Assembly: GCF_001194135.2 (NCBI RefSeq)
Contig: NC_068985.1
Span: 81,125,646 to 81,179,012, forward strand
Direction of reading: 5' to 3'
Source of the DNA: Octopus bimaculoides
Taxonomy: Eukaryota
Length of the DNA: 53,367 nt
The position numbers were made by a program, and so were the translations under genes. The stretch's first letter is position 1, and every line of letters begins with the position of its first letter. Of the stretch, positions 33,971 to 47,624 are shown one piece after another. The notes beneath the pieces were generated by a model. That model was given only the letters and a program-made list of their open reading frames with translations. It was not told where the DNA came from and ran no database searches.

Positions 33971-35979
33971 ACTGTAGTTCATTAAATTGCTTATCCTACT
34001 TGCATACTACTTTACAAAACTGCTAGGTGATCATAGTTTTCTCTTGCTTAATAAAATAAGTTATGAAATATGGAGGGTTGCAATTGTTGGGTCCATTTCC
34101 TGTTGGGATCAGAGTATTTCATGTGGAATTAATTTTGTGTACATCATACTATATATATTCTCACCCCTGTCTTTCACCTGTTTAATATTACATTTACTGA
34201 TTTCTACTTTAGTTTGATAGAATATCTATAAAATATAATGGAAGCTAAGTATTCATATCACAGATTATAATGTTTAAAAAAAAGAATAAATGCACAATTT
34301 TGTAATTTTAGTTGGGATTATTCATGACTGTTGGGGGTCTGTCAGAAACCAATTCCTGCAGAGGTTACACTAAAAGCTTTATTTTCAAAATATGTATAAA
34401 AGTTGCTCATGAATCTATTTTTCTTTGTGTGTAAATGTATATGAGATCAGAATACATGTTGTTGTTAAATTTAGATTTCTCAGATAATTTTAATGCTTTT
34501 CTGTTTAATCCCTGCTGTCAATAGTGAAAGAATTGCACCATTTATTTTACTATGGTTAAACTGCTGAAGGGGTATAAATCAATGACATGCAACTCTTATT
34601 GTACATACTACTTACTTTTAAAAGCTTTTCTTTCCCAGTAAACGTTTTCCAAGTAGAAATCTGTTTTGATGTATTTTCAAAATTGTTTACCTGAATGTAT
34701 CTTACTTCTGCACAACACATTGACTTAGTTCCCACAAAGTAATATTAGCGAAAATGCAGGAAAGTGATATTTGTCAAACTTAAAACAAAAATGAAACAGA
34801 TTCTCGTGTTTTTATTCTCACTTCTTCAAAGAGTATTAGTAACTTTTGTACAAACCATCTATTTACTTCATTTAAAAATTTAAACATGTATTTGCCTTTT
34901 GGTCGTAGGTTAGTCTGCAATAAATTCATTTCAGTAGATGTGACCTGTAGAATTACTTGTTTTAGATCTCAGTTAGTTGACTTAGGAATGGTACTGGACA
35001 ACCAGCAAAAGAGCCAACAGTTCTTGTTCTGCTACTGCATTGCATCTACAATGAAGTCACTTAAAACAGGCTTCGTTTCAACACCAGTTCACCTGAGACT
35101 ACTTCTGGTTATAAAATTATGATGGAAACCTTTTGCATATTTCATTAAATATGGGGTCGCAAAATATTTAATTGAACAGCTATTTTTAGTAAATACCATA
35201 ATTCACTAGTGTTACCAGTGACAGAGCTATAGAAATAGTGAGCATCTTGTTATTTTGAGGTACTGAGTTCAATCCAGCTGGCCTATTGCAACACCTTTAT
35301 ACGTCTCATTTGCTTCATATTATGGAAACTAAAAGAGAATTCAGTCCCATGATTCTTGGCATTCAGTAAAAGATTAGCTTTTTTTAAAAATTAATTTACT
35401 ATATTAATTATTTAGATCGATAGAATGCGACAAAGTATTAATTTTTTTTTTAATTGTAGGTTACAATCTGACTATAGATATATTGGTTATAATTCTACTG
35501 ATTATTCATTAAAACTAAATTATAAAAATTTGAATGTAGCCATCTAACAGAAAACATAGAAGTGCATATAGAATTAAATTCAAATAGTTATTACAGATGA
35601 TATCAAAAGATGTTATCTCATCTTTCTTGGCTTTAATTTTGATTTTTGCTGATATTATCACATGTAAATATTAATGAAACAAATAGGAAAATGAGGCTTA
35701 AATCTATTGTAAGTAATTTCTACCAAGTTATAGAACTTGACCTTTAACTATCTTTTTACATTTCATTTCCACTAGATATATCTATTTCCATGCCTTTAGG
35801 CTTTATTCCTATTCACCTATCACTCTATATTTCTTCACTATTAGTTTTCTTTCTTTCTAATTTCTTTCTTTTTCATCCTCGTCTTTCTATAAATTGCTTT
35901 TGACATTATCTCTATTAACATTTTAAAAAAATAAATAACTTGCCAGTTCATCATATATGCAGTCATCACATTATATTAA

Positions 35980-36325
35980 AATGTGGTTAAAGCATCAAGC
36001 TTATGATCGTGAGGTTGTGAGTTTGATTCCTGAACCTGGCTGTATGTTGTGTTCTTGAGCAAAACACTTTATTTCATATTGCTCCAGTTCACTCAGCTGT
36101 AGAAATGAGTTGCGACATCACTGGTGCCTAGCCTTTGCCTTTCCCTTGGGTAACATCGGTGGTGTGTAGAGGGGAGGCTGGTATGCATAGGTGACTGCTG
36201 GTCTTTCATAAAAACAACCCTAGGTTGTTCGTTCACCAGTAAGGCGACTTTCTGCCCAAACTTGTACCTGTGAGAGGAACCTCTTAGGTGCACCCATGGT
36301 TATTCGTGACCAATGGAGTCGAGAG
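35980..36325 (+). mobile_element. tRNA-derived CORE-like SINE, family A
   Basis: tgtggttaaag..tatgatcgtgaggttgtgagtttgattcc head; tgtgttcttgagcaaaacactttatttcatattgctccagttcactcagctgtagaaatgagt CORE-like block; tail matches the rc of 190-350. Confidence 0.8.
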
Positions 36326-37710
36326 TATATATATATATATATNNNNNNNNNNNNNNNNNNNNNNNNNNNNNNNNNNNNNNNNNNNNNNNNNNNNNNNNNN
36401 NNNNNNNNNNNNNNNNNNNNNNNNNNNNNNNNNNNNNNNNNNNNNNNNNNNNNNNNNNNNNNNNNNNNNNNNNNNNNNNNNNNNNNNNNNNNNNNNNNNN
36501 NNNNNNNNNNNNNNNNNNNNNNNNNNNNNNNNNNNNNNNNNNNNNNNNNNNNNNNNNNNNNNNNNNNNNNNNNNNNNNNNNNNNNNNNNNNNNNNNNNNN
36601 NNNNNNNNNNNNNNNNNNNNNNNNNNNNNNNNNNNNNNNNNNNNNNNNNNNNNNNNNNNNNNNNNNNNNNNNNNNNNNNNNNNNNNNNNNNNNNNNNNNN
36701 NNNNNNNNNNNNNNNNNNNNNNNNNNNNNNNNNNNNNNNNNNNNNNNNNNNNNNNNNNNNNNNNNNNNNNNNNNNNNNNNNNNNNNNNNNNNNNNNNNNN
36801 NNNNNNNNNNNNNNNNNNNNNNNNTATATATATATATTTATATATATATATTTATATTTATATATATTTATATTTATATATATTTATATATATATATATA
36901 TGTATGTATGTATACACACACATACATATGTATGTGTTTGTGTGCATGGGATTTTGCATGTGTATTTGCCCTCCTGCAATGCTTGGCAACCTGTATTGGT
37001 TTGTTTACATCCCCATAATTTAGTAGTTTGGCAAAAAAGATTCATAGATGCATGAAACTTTGGTTATTTCAGAGCTATGGTAGAAGATACTTGCCCATGA
37101 TGCCATGCAGTGGGACTGAACCCGAAACCACATTGTTGGAAGGCAAATTTCTTGACAACTCAGCCATGGCTTCACTTGATTTCTGATTATAAATAAAAAA
37201 AATTGGACAATATTAATAACATCAATGAAAAGCTAGAATTATCCATGTAACAATTAGCATGAAAAAGGTTGGTCCTGATGTTGACAATCACTAACTGTGA
37301 AATGGCAACTAATTACAAAAATATTTTCCCATTAGGATCAGAGACAATTAGAGTTTTTATTATTAAAGGTAACGTTCCTTGGAGTGCTAGGCTATTGACA
37401 CACATGAAAAATATATAGATTTTTAAGCGTACGCTGATCAGTGGTGCTTCATTTTCAGCCCTTTTGATACCAACCTGCCTAAGACTGACTGAGGTTTTAT
37501 GATACAAGCTTCCTATTTAAAGTAATCTAAATTAGAATCTTCCATCAAAATTTTACATTTATTTATGTTTCAAACACTAGGTTTATAATGACAAAATTAT
37601 TTTACTAAATTCTTCATTTTTTTCAAAATCAATTGAAACAAAAGCAATGAATTTCAACAGAGATATGGTTACAAAATGACTGCTTTATATCATGCTGTTT
37701 CTTATAACAG

Positions 37711-37766
37711 GAAATGGTTCCCATGCCTGCTAGGCTAACTATAACAGGTTTCACAGGGTCTTGGCA
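37711..37766 (+). CDS. Candidate 56-nt exon (phase 0 to 2), EMVPMPARLTITGFTGSW
   Basis: Acceptor gtttcttataacAG and consensus donor GTGAGT; the only open frame of three. Confidence 0.5.
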
Positions 37767-38970
37767 GTGAGTTTAATCTGTTCTATTCACTACTTGTAAC
37801 TCCTTGTCATTGGAAAATAAAGAAAAAAACAAAACAAAACAAAACAATATAAAATCTATTGGATATAAAATAGAATATCCTTTAAAAAAAGCATAAAAAA
37901 ACAAGCTTTATTTGAACTTACAAGAACTCCTCAAAATCATTGTCAGACAAACTAAAACCAATATTTAGCCACAATAAAACAGAATGATGCATTATTGTGT
38001 GGATTTGCTTTGATTGCTGGGGCATCCTTTTAATTTTTCATAATAAAAATTGGCTTTGTTAGCAGGGAAGAAAAAACCCAGAGAATGCATTATTTTTTGA
38101 AGACTATTTTCATTAATTAATAAGTAAAATTAGATTTTTGAATTTATTAATTTGTCAATAGCCATAACATACTAATCATTATTGATACATTGCTAAATTT
38201 GTATGGGTTTGCAAAGATGATTTCTGGAATTAATCTTTTGTTTTTCTTTTTAGCTTTTTTACCCATGGCCTTTTGAAACATCCTTTTCATTTCTTTTTTA
38301 ATCTGTAATTTATGATTCTTACATACTTCAGTTGAAAAGATTACTTTTTATATTTATACATAGTTTATATATATAATGCAACTTATTTAACTTTTAAAAA
38401 AAGACAAGCAAAACAACAAAGCAGTGAAAAAAAAAAAAAAAAAAAAAAGAAATGTGCTTGATTTTTATTTGTCTTTTTTGTTTTCTTGGGATTTCTTTAA
38501 TAGATAATTACTGATTGATTATACTGTAACTCTGTTGCTTCTTGTGAAGAATGTTTCATAAACAAAAATTCATAGCCTACAGTTTTCTCATATTAAGAAT
38601 TTTATAACTCTCCTCACACATGCATGTAAGAATGTAGGCATATCTGTCTCTCCTTTTCTTTCATTCTACACACACACATGCACACACATGTATGTGTGCA
38701 TGAATATGTGTATGTACATGTGTGTATGTGTATATGTGTGCATGAGTGTATAAACATGTGTACATATAAGTATGCACACATGTATATGTGTTTATGTGTA
38801 AATATATAAACGAATATATATATGCATATGATTACTCACACATGCACACACACACACACACGTATACTATATGTATGCATACCTCAAGTGTGTGTGTGTA
38901 CATACACAAGCATATATGCATATGATTACTTACTTACACACACACACATACATATACACAAGTATACATT

Positions 38971-39004
<34 letters not shown>

Positions 39005-39129
39005 GCACTTGTGCACATGTACAAGTATATCTACATTTGCTTAGGAATCTGTTTATGTATATTTTACTTTTCATACTCCCATAAAAGCACACAATATATT
39101 TATTGCATAGGAAATCTGGCATATTAAAC

Positions 39130-39873
39130 AAAACTGAAATACTTTTTTGTTAAAATTTGCTGAAAGGAACATAAGAAACAAGAAAAATTGGATATTGTGG
39201 TAGTGTATAATATGAAAAAAAGAACAACACAAAACTGCTAATCATTCCGCAATCTTTGCTCAGCAGTTCTGGTTTTTATAGCCTTAAATAGATGAGAGAT
39301 AAATCTCTCCATAAGGACGATGCTGGTTATCAACATTTAACAGAAAAATAAAGTCTTATAAAATTTTCTGATACCTAAGCGTACTGAAGTAATAGATAAA
39401 AAAAGCGTCTTGCCCAGAAATACAATAAATTTTAACTTGTGTCTCAGGACCTGTAATTTTGCTCTTACATTTTTTATAGAGATTTAATTAACTGCTTGCA
39501 GTTGGGAAGCAGTACTGACCACATCAAAACACTGTGTGTGTGAACAATGTGATGTTTCACTCTGTGCAGTAGTGTGTTTTCAAATATACCTCACTGAGAA
39601 GAATCTGGAAGTACACTGTAAAATTCCTTGTATGAAAAATTATGTAGTTACTGAATGGCCTAATACTGGTACACAGCATNNNNNNNNNNNNNNNNNNNNN
39701 NNNNNNNNNNNNNNNNNNNNNNNNNNNNNNNNNNNNNNNNNNNNNNNNNNNNNNNNNNNNNNNNNNNNNNNNNNACACTGTAAAATTCCTTGTATGAAAA
39801 ATTATGTAGTTACTGAATGGCCTAATACTGGTACACAGCATAGACTTTCAGTACTAAATCCACCCGCAAGGGG
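39130..39873 (+). mobile_element. piggyBac transposon 3' portion (cysteine-rich domain + right end)
   Basis: TLCVCEQCDVSLCAVVCFQIYLTEKNL matches the piggyBac C-terminal C-x2-C-x3-LC-x3-CF-x2-YH motif; right end GGG|TTAA at 39871-39877. Left boundary approximate. Confidence 0.8.
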
Positions 39874-40719
39874 TTAATCATCAGTTAATAAAGCCTCTGT
39901 ATTAATGTGTGATATCTATTTTCCAATAATTTTTGTGCATAAGCATATATAGCTGTGTATTTCAGTTCGCATTCAATTATAACTTTACATACATAAGTAC
40001 ATACACACACACATACATACATACATACATACATACATACATACATACATAATACATACATACATACATACGTACATACATATATACATGCATGCGTGTA
40101 TACATGTCCATATGTATATATGTAAATTACACCATGGAAAACACAAATTAGCCATTCAAAGTCACACAAAAGCTGTTAACTTCAACACTTACTTATTTAG
40201 TAAAAAGTTTTTGATGCCCTAACTACAACTTGGTCACTCATGCAGTCTCACTGACACCAGATAATAAAGAATTGTCTGAAGTTTACAGTGTTATTGGATT
40301 TTGGAATGGTCAGTGTATGTCTTCCACACAATAATTGCTTTAGTTTCAACACCTGGTCTCAGATCAAACCGCTTGCCAGATTACATGTGTGTGTGTGTGA
40401 AAATGAGATGACAAAAGAATCAGATGATCATTTGTTCATTCCTTATCTCATTTTCTTATTATCACAGTATAGTCAGCTAATGTTTCATTTTGAAGCATGT
40501 GTATATTGAATTCTACATCAATATATTAGTTTCGTAATGCCTAAGCAAAATAGCTATCTATCTGTCTGTCTGTCTATCTTCACCACTATTTTATCTTTCT
40601 CCAGCCTCACCCAACTGTTTTCACCGTCTTGTCAGAATATGAGTAGCCATGAAGCTCCTCTAAAGCAAGAAACTTGTTCTACCCACTTCTTTCATAATTT
40701 AACTGCTCATCTTTGTACA

Positions 40720-40908
40720 AGAGACACAAGGCCTGACATTTTGGGGGAAGTTGCTAGTCAGTTACATCAACTCCAGTGATCAACTGATACTTATCTTATC
40801 AATTCTGAAAGAATGAATGGTAAAGTTGACCTCGGCAAAGCTTGAACTCATGAAATGTCAATAAACATTTTGTCCAGTGTGCTAATGATTCTGCCATCTC
40901 ACTACCTT

Positions 40909-40985
<77 letters not shown>

Positions 40986-41197
40986 TAATCTTTTCTATTG
41001 GAGGCACAAAGTCTCAGATTTGTCGGGAGGGACTAGTTGATTACATCGACCCAGTGTTTCACTGGTACTTAATTTATTGACCCTGAAAGGAAAGGATGAA
41101 AGGCAAAATTGACCTCAGAACTCAGAACATATTGAGGGGTGAAATACTGCTAAGCATTTTACCTGGCATGCTAGCGATTGTGCCAGCTTGCCACCTT
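40720..41197 (-). mobile_element. Two family D SINEs (about 40720-40908 and 40990-41197) separated by (CAA)n(TAA)n
   Basis: rc motifs aaagttgacctcggc, attacatcgacccagtg, gctaagcatttt, tgccagcttgccacctt. Confidence 0.8.
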
Positions 41198-41275
41198 AAT
41201 AATAGTAATAATAATAATAATAAGGATAAGGATAATGAACAGTGATGGGAACAGCGAGACAGACCTCTATAACAG

Positions 41276-41294
41276 TGCTAGAATAGAAATACTG
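41276..41294 (+). CDS. Candidate 19-nt microexon (phase 2 to 0), ARIEIL
   Basis: ctctataacAG acceptor (weak tract) and CTG|GTAAGA donor; exactly bridges the phases of 37766 and 42064. Confidence 0.2.
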
Positions 41295-42063
41295 GTAAGA
41301 ATTATTTCATTACTGAATTCTATTTTAGGAAGTAAATGGATATTATGTTGGGCCAAAATTTTCTTTGTAACTTGTTAGAATTTATTTTATCTCTTTTTTC
41401 CTTGAAATTTTTGAATTAGTATTTTTTCTGTCCCATGTACTGAACATCCAAAAGAAAATCCTACTTTGAGCAAGAAACTGCCTCACCATTTATTAAAGTG
41501 CAATCTGTTTGAATTTATCAAATATTTATTAGTGCGTTGTTAATTGTTTGATGTATGAGATAAACATTTCATGAATTGTTTATTAAAGTTGGCATGATGA
41601 TTTCTTGTGTCAGCCTCATGTTATCGACCTTTAGATATAAAGTAATTCTTTATTATGAAGGTAACTTTTTAATGATAATTTCTGGTGGCTTTGTTTTATA
41701 AAAAAATGGTAAAAGTAAAAACACTACTATGTAGCCTTTATTTTTATTTTTAAAAAGACTTACATATAAAACACAGTAATCCAAAGAGTTCTTTTAAATT
41801 TGCATATATGTAACATTTATAAATGTACATAAATAACTGTAATGTTTCTTTTGGAATTACTAAATCAATAACTTATTTGAAAATTTGAATTGAAGTTGAA
41901 ATTAATTACAAACTATGCAGGTGTTATGCCAGGTCATTCCCTAAATATAACCAATTACTTTGATGGTTAAGGATCTTGAGCTTTTGCAATACGAATCACA
42001 TCAGAGAAAAAGATGCAAATTTCTCCAAAATTAGGTTTATAATTAAGGGTATTATCTTTGCAG

Positions 42064-42203
42064 AATGTAACGAGTTTAACTGAAGAAGAAGTTGTAAGCT
42101 CAGACCTAGATAACATAGAAAATGTAGCAGAAGAGCAAGAAACAGACAAGAATAATTTGGTTACTGTGGATAACTCCAATGTTCAGCAGGAAGCCATGAA
42201 AAG
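42064..42203 (+). CDS. Probable 140-nt coding exon (phase 0 to 2), acidic low-complexity peptide NVTSLTEEEVVSSDLDNIENVAEEQETDKNNLVTVDNSNVQQEAMK
   Basis: Acceptor tattatctttgCAG and donor AAG|GTAATT; single open frame with protein-like composition in non-repeat DNA. Confidence 0.65.
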
Positions 42204-43188
42204 GTAATTCCGATGTTTGTATTTTTTCATCTTTCTTTTGACTATATTAGTCAACTTTTCACTTACCTCTTCAACTGAGATTCTTTGAAGTACCATACAT
42301 TGAGATGAGTTTGTAAATATGAACTTATTTAGAATATTATTATTACAACATCAAATTCCAAATTACTGTAATGCTTGTTGGAGAGTAATAAAAAGAATTA
42401 GTCTGTTGGAGCAAAGTATACTCCAAAGAAAAAAACTCAATATTTCTCATTTTTTTTTCTATTTTGTCTTCTTGTAATCTTTTATATAATTTCAGTTCTG
42501 TTCAGAATGCTGTAATCTGTTATAATAATCAGCTATATCGGCAATATTAGTCAGCACAATATGCACTTGTCATATTAATAAGCAAAAAAAAAAAAGAAAT
42601 GTAACATATCTAACCATATTTTGGCACATATTCACTTTGTACCCGAAGTAGTCATACTTAAGTAGTCATTGCTACCCACCTTTATTTGGCCATGTGCTAC
42701 ATTTTTGGATTGTCTGTATTTTGTTTTCATGTGATTCATTTAAATCCTAATGCTGAGCTATAAGTGTCCAACTCTGTAAAATGTACCTATTTATAAGTAA
42801 TGTATTCTAAATTGTTCTAGATTTACAATGCTGTCTCTCATTAGAGTGATAAAATGTACCAAAGTGTTCCTACTTGCATCAAAGTGTACCAGGCTGTTGT
42901 CTGGTAAACGTATTTCTTTGCCATGCCACTGATGCAGTACAGTTAACAGGTTATGAAACACTGTTCTTATAGTTTTTACCTAAGCCAGTTGTGATTCTCC
43001 AATACAGAAGGGAAGATTGTCAAACAATTGCTGACAGTTTCCTGGTATGGAGGAATCACTTAATCACTTCAAAGGTACATTAGTTGGGAGGAACTGGCAA
43101 ATGAAACTTTTTGGCTGAGTAACAACTTTTCTTCAATCTTGATACTAAAGTGAGAAGAATGGGAGTGTAATATCAATTTCAAGACATA

Positions 43189-43405
43189 TGAAGAGGTACT
43201 GAAAAGTTCCTGGCTTTGGGTAAAAGAAAATACAGGATGATCTGTTAATTATGATTTTAATCTACATATTCTCCTCCAAGATTCACATACGTATTGTAGT
43301 GGTCCTTCACGCTTTCTAAGCCCTGTAAAAGAATTGGTAATGTTGGGCCTCCAGCCAAGCCTTTTGTGATACCCTTAAAGCCAGGAACATTTGAGTACCC
43401 TCTCA
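43189..43405. mobile_element. Mariner-type MITE
   Basis: TA|TGAAGAGGTACTGAAAAGTTCCTGGCTTT ... AAAGCCAGGAACATTTGAGTACCCTCTCA|TA: about 29-bp TIRs with TA duplication (43187-43188, 43406-43407). Confidence 0.9.
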
Positions 43406-43829
43406 TATCATGGCTTATGGAAAAAAGATGGGAAAGTGGTACATCCTAGGACAGTGACGGGAAACTATGATATATGTGGACTTTTAGGGGATATGCATTA
43501 GATTTCGGAAAAAAAAAAATGCTCTCCCTACAATATCTTGTAATAAAAACTCACTAAATTTCATAAAGAATTTTAGATGTTTAACACAGTCTCAAAACTT
43601 TGTATTTTTGGTGATATCTAACCATACAGCACTTTATATTACAACCTATGAATTAAAAGTTGCTTACAAATTAATGAATTATTAATTTCCACATGATATG
43701 ACAAGTGCATATTTTTAAATTAAAAAAAATATATTTTCTTGGTTTCCACCCCTAGTCATAATGGTATCAAATACTAATAACAAAAAGAAAGAAAGTAAAT
43801 TATCATGAAAGAAAGTGAATAAAACTGTC

Positions 43830-44955
43830 AAGATTGATGGACTGAATAATATATCAGTATTGATAATGGTGATAAATGTCTTTGTGTATTGTTTAAGGAA
43901 TTAGTTGCAGGTAGAACTTGGAATAGGTATTCTGACACTAAACACTAGTTATTCTTCCAAACCTGTGGCAGACCACAAACAATATATACCCCAACTGCTA
44001 AAGCATAAATGCTGTCAGTTGGAGAACTTATTTAAATTCTTGACAGAATTTTCCCATTTAGCAGCTGCAAGTTTTAGTATTGTTGATCACAGGAAATCAT
44101 TAAGTGATAGAGAGTTCATTAAAGAAGCTTATGTTAAATGTGCACCATTTATATTTGATGACTTCCATAATAATGACACTATTATAAAGTGAGTGGATGA
44201 ATAAGTTAGCAATACAGAAATACTACTTAGGAGATAGTTATGAAAATGAATGCTGAAATAGTAAATCAAATTTTCGAACATTTAAATACTTGTTAGTTTT
44301 TGTCTGTATGTCTTGCTGAGTTCACTGATATAACCTCAACAGCCCAATTAGCTATTATCACACAACATTTTCACTGAGTTTCTCTTCATGGGGAATTGAT
44401 TAAGTGAGAGAATTTGCCTCAAAATATGTCAGAAAAAGATAAAAGTGACTGTTTTGTTGAAGTGTTTTGGAAAAGACAAATAAATTCATCAAAAATAGTT
44501 TCAAGAATGAATGATGCTGCCCATAATGTTATATCAAAATGTTGATTTAGTAAAGCAATTTACAGAAGCTGCTGGTCATCTTGTATTATACATTAGAAAG
44601 TACTATGTGCAAAATATACCTTAAAAATATCAATGGTATGATGAGAGCTGTGACACAGGTAATGAATTTGACAGATTGCATAATTGATAATGTGTTTCCA
44701 AATGAAAGTAAATCAGTTTATTATTGTTTACTAATATACACTGGTTGAGTCATTGCCAAGAACTTGAACAGTATATGGAATACTTAAGTGAAGTCAGAAT
44801 TTTTAGATGTGGGAGGCACAGTGCAAAGTTTTCCACAGCTAAAATATTTTGTTTGGCTTTTCACTAATTTTTCATTGTATTTGGATGAACTTAACACTAA
44901 GTTGAAAGAATTTGGGGAATCTATTAATCTGATGCTTATTTTGATCAAGAGTTTG
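43830..44955 (+). pseudogene. hAT-Charlie/SPIN-type (GTF2IRD2/EPM2AIP1-like) transposase remnant
   Basis: AAASFSIVDHRKSLSDREFIKEAYVKCAPFIFDDFHNNDTIIK; FLSVCLAEFTDITSTAQLAII; FTNFSLYLDELNTKLKEFG. Many stops and frameshifts. Confidence 0.85.
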
Positions 44956-45560
44956 GGGAGTATATACGGGTACGTGCGTATATAGATGTAAGTGCGTGTA
45001 TGCGAGAATATGTGCATATAGACGCATTTTGCCCTTATAGCTTTTTCACACTTTTTTCTCTATTTTGCTTTTAGCCCTGTTTTTTTTTTCTTCTTCTTAA
45101 GCATGTGCGTATATTGACGTGTGTATGGACCTTTTTTGTGTGCGTGTATGGGTGCGAGGGTGTTGCATGCGTGTGTGTGTGGGTGTGTGTGGGTATACCC
45201 GCGTATGTGGGTATACCCGCGTATGTGGGTATATATATATTTTGGCGAATGTATGGGTGAGCATGTGTGTGTTTCAAGTGAGGGTAGTTGAGTATATACA
45301 CATAGGCACATGTACGGATTAGTGCGCTTACGTGAATACTATGGACTTGTTTACTCCCTTACCTTTACTCCCTCCCCTTACTTAGTGGTCTGTAGCTCTT
45401 TTGTCTTAATAACGGTCAACCACACAGTAATTCCCCTTTGTTTAACGGTCATTTTCATAGGAATTTTCAATGCCCAGATAACTGAAGAGATGGCGGTGTG
45501 GGTTTCCGCCCCGGCATCTGAAACTCGGAGTTTTATTATGGCTACCGAATAAGTGTCACA
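44956..45560 (+). mobile_element. CpG-rich Penelope-like terminal segment abutting the hAT remnant
   Basis: Abrupt compositional switch at about 44956, GT-rich low-complexity part, hammerhead-like motif at 45477-45537. Confidence 0.6.
45477..45537 (+). ncRNA. Type I hammerhead-ribozyme-like motif with intact CUGAAGA/GAAA
   Basis: Stem I GATAA(45477-45481)/TTATT(45533-45537); CTGAAGA(45482-45488); stem II GATG/CATC plus GCGG/CCGC; extra T45519; GAAA(45520-45523); stem III ACTC-G-GAGT; GTT triplet ending at 45532. Confidence 0.65.
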
Positions 45561-47257
45561 TATTTTTACATATATATATATATGATGGGCTTCTTTCAAT
45601 TTCAATTTCTATCTACCAAATCCACTCACAACCCTGAACCATGTGGATGCAAAGCAACTTTCTTACCACACAGCCATGCCTGTGCTTATATATATTGCAT
45701 ATATATATATTTATGAATTTTAAGTTATAAACTCCTAGCTTTGTGAATATATTAGAATAATAGGTTGCTTGTTTATAAGCACATACCTAAAACTAAAATC
45801 TGTAATCCTGTAATAAGATTATTAAAAATGTATAAATTTCAGCATTTCAGGTTCAAAAATGATTCTGGCACTGACCTATGTTATTTAGATGGATTAGGAA
45901 TAGTAGATGATGTAGTATATGGAGGGAAGAGTAGTGAGACATGATATGGGGCTTTATATAGATTTTTACATGCTTCCTTGGGTGTGATTCCTCCTCCTTC
46001 TAAAAGCAATTGTTTTACCAGCAGGATGTTTTTTCCTACTAGTAATTTTTCAACCATAAATTAAGATGGAACCTGTTTTTGTCAGGCAAGCAACCTAGTG
46101 AGCAAGCAGAGTTTTGTATCTCTCTCAGGAGCAGGATTGTTGGAAAATTTGAAATTTTGACCATTGACTCAGTAGTAATTCAGCATTGTAATCTCACACC
46201 CATTGTGTCTCATGCATTATATATTATAATTCTATTTTATAGCATATATATTTAATTGAAGTTTATTGGACTGTATACATGATTTATAGAAGGGAAAATG
46301 GGTATGAAACTGACTGTTTACATTGTTTTGGCTTTTCTTTTAGTTTAAGGCACATTTAAATTTAAAGAAAATATTTTGGGGGAAATAATAGAATCTTTAG
46401 AAATGACATTTTATTGTACAAGGCTAGTATAAGGGTCTGGCATCACACCAAAGCCATTAAGCTATTTTTGAGAAATCTACTGTTTCAAGTTGTCAACCTT
46501 GATTGTTTTACATTGACAGAGAGATCCATAGTTCTTAATATTTTTTCCCAAAGTTTGAAATGATTCAAAATACCAGGATTTTTACATCTAAGTATAATAA
46601 AACATGTTTATTATATATTCTGTTTTGATTATTTTACATCTGTTTCCAAAGAAAACAAGGGTTAAATTAATTGCAACATTTTGTAGTTTAAGTACGTCAA
46701 TCTTTTTTTAGGGTTCCTTTGTTTAGTTGCCATGTAAAAATAGAAACTAGCATTTAGATATTTAGATAAACTGAGGAGATAAATATTGTTAAGTAAAAGA
46801 AACTTGTGTGCTGAGATGAGCAATGAATTCTGGCATTATATAGTATTTTCCCACTCTCTAATTGCTTTTGATATACAAAATACCTTTAAGCTCTATATTT
46901 ACGGAACTGATAATTCATGTTATCTTCAAAAAAAAAAAACAAAAAACAAAAAAAAAAACGTAATCCAGTGAATTCAACAGAGTAGTTACAGTATTTATTT
47001 TCATAAGTATAGAATCTCTACAAATTGTTACTTGTAGCCTCATTTCTTAAGCAACTCAGATTAAAGTTGACAATTGAGATTCTACAGAATTGGGGTTAAG
47101 TTTCTGGTTTGATTTTAGGATTATTGAAGTTCTACTTTCCTTTTAAAACTTCTTCTAATGTTTATACTAATTTTGAGATTGCATATACCTTGGTTGATAA
47201 AAAAAAAGCTGAAAGGAAATATGTAGAACTGTTTGTGAATAAAAATATATATTTGGG

Positions 47258-47448
47258 CCTTCGTGCGGGTGACACGTAAAAGCACCCACTACACTCTCTG
47301 AGTGGTTGGCGTTAGGAAGGGCATCCAGCTGTAGAAACTCTGCCAAATCAGATTGGAGTCTGGTGTAGCCATCTGGTTTCACCAGTCCTCAGTCAAATCG
47401 TCCAACCCATGCTAGCATGGAAAGCGGACGTTAAACGACGACGACGAT
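47258..47448 (+). mobile_element. RTE 3' tail copy (young, CpG-rich)
   Basis: gacacgtaaaagcacccactacactctctgagtggttggcgttaggaagggcatccagc...aaagcggacgttaaacgacgacgacga. Confidence 0.85.
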
Positions 47449-47523
47449 TCTAGATATTTCTACACAGAGACTTTGTATTCACAGAGATCTGGAATGGTGA
47501 AGCTATATATGTACGTATATATA

Positions 47524-47554
<31 letters not shown>

Positions 47555-47561
47555 GTGTGTG

Positions 47562-47624
<63 letters not shown>

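Noticed and set aside
34886-35122. 78-aa ORF and alternative frame NGTGQPAKEPTVLVLLLHCIYNE in unique sequence
   Set aside because: Weak splice sites and no phase-consistent link to the other candidate exons; insufficient support.
37741-37766. ITGFTGSW resembling a P-loop
   Set aside because: Lacks the essential GK[ST].
39613-39841. Exact 67-bp direct repeat (39613-39679 = 39775-39841)
   Set aside because: The copies sit on either side of an N gap; most likely overlapping contig ends left unmerged.
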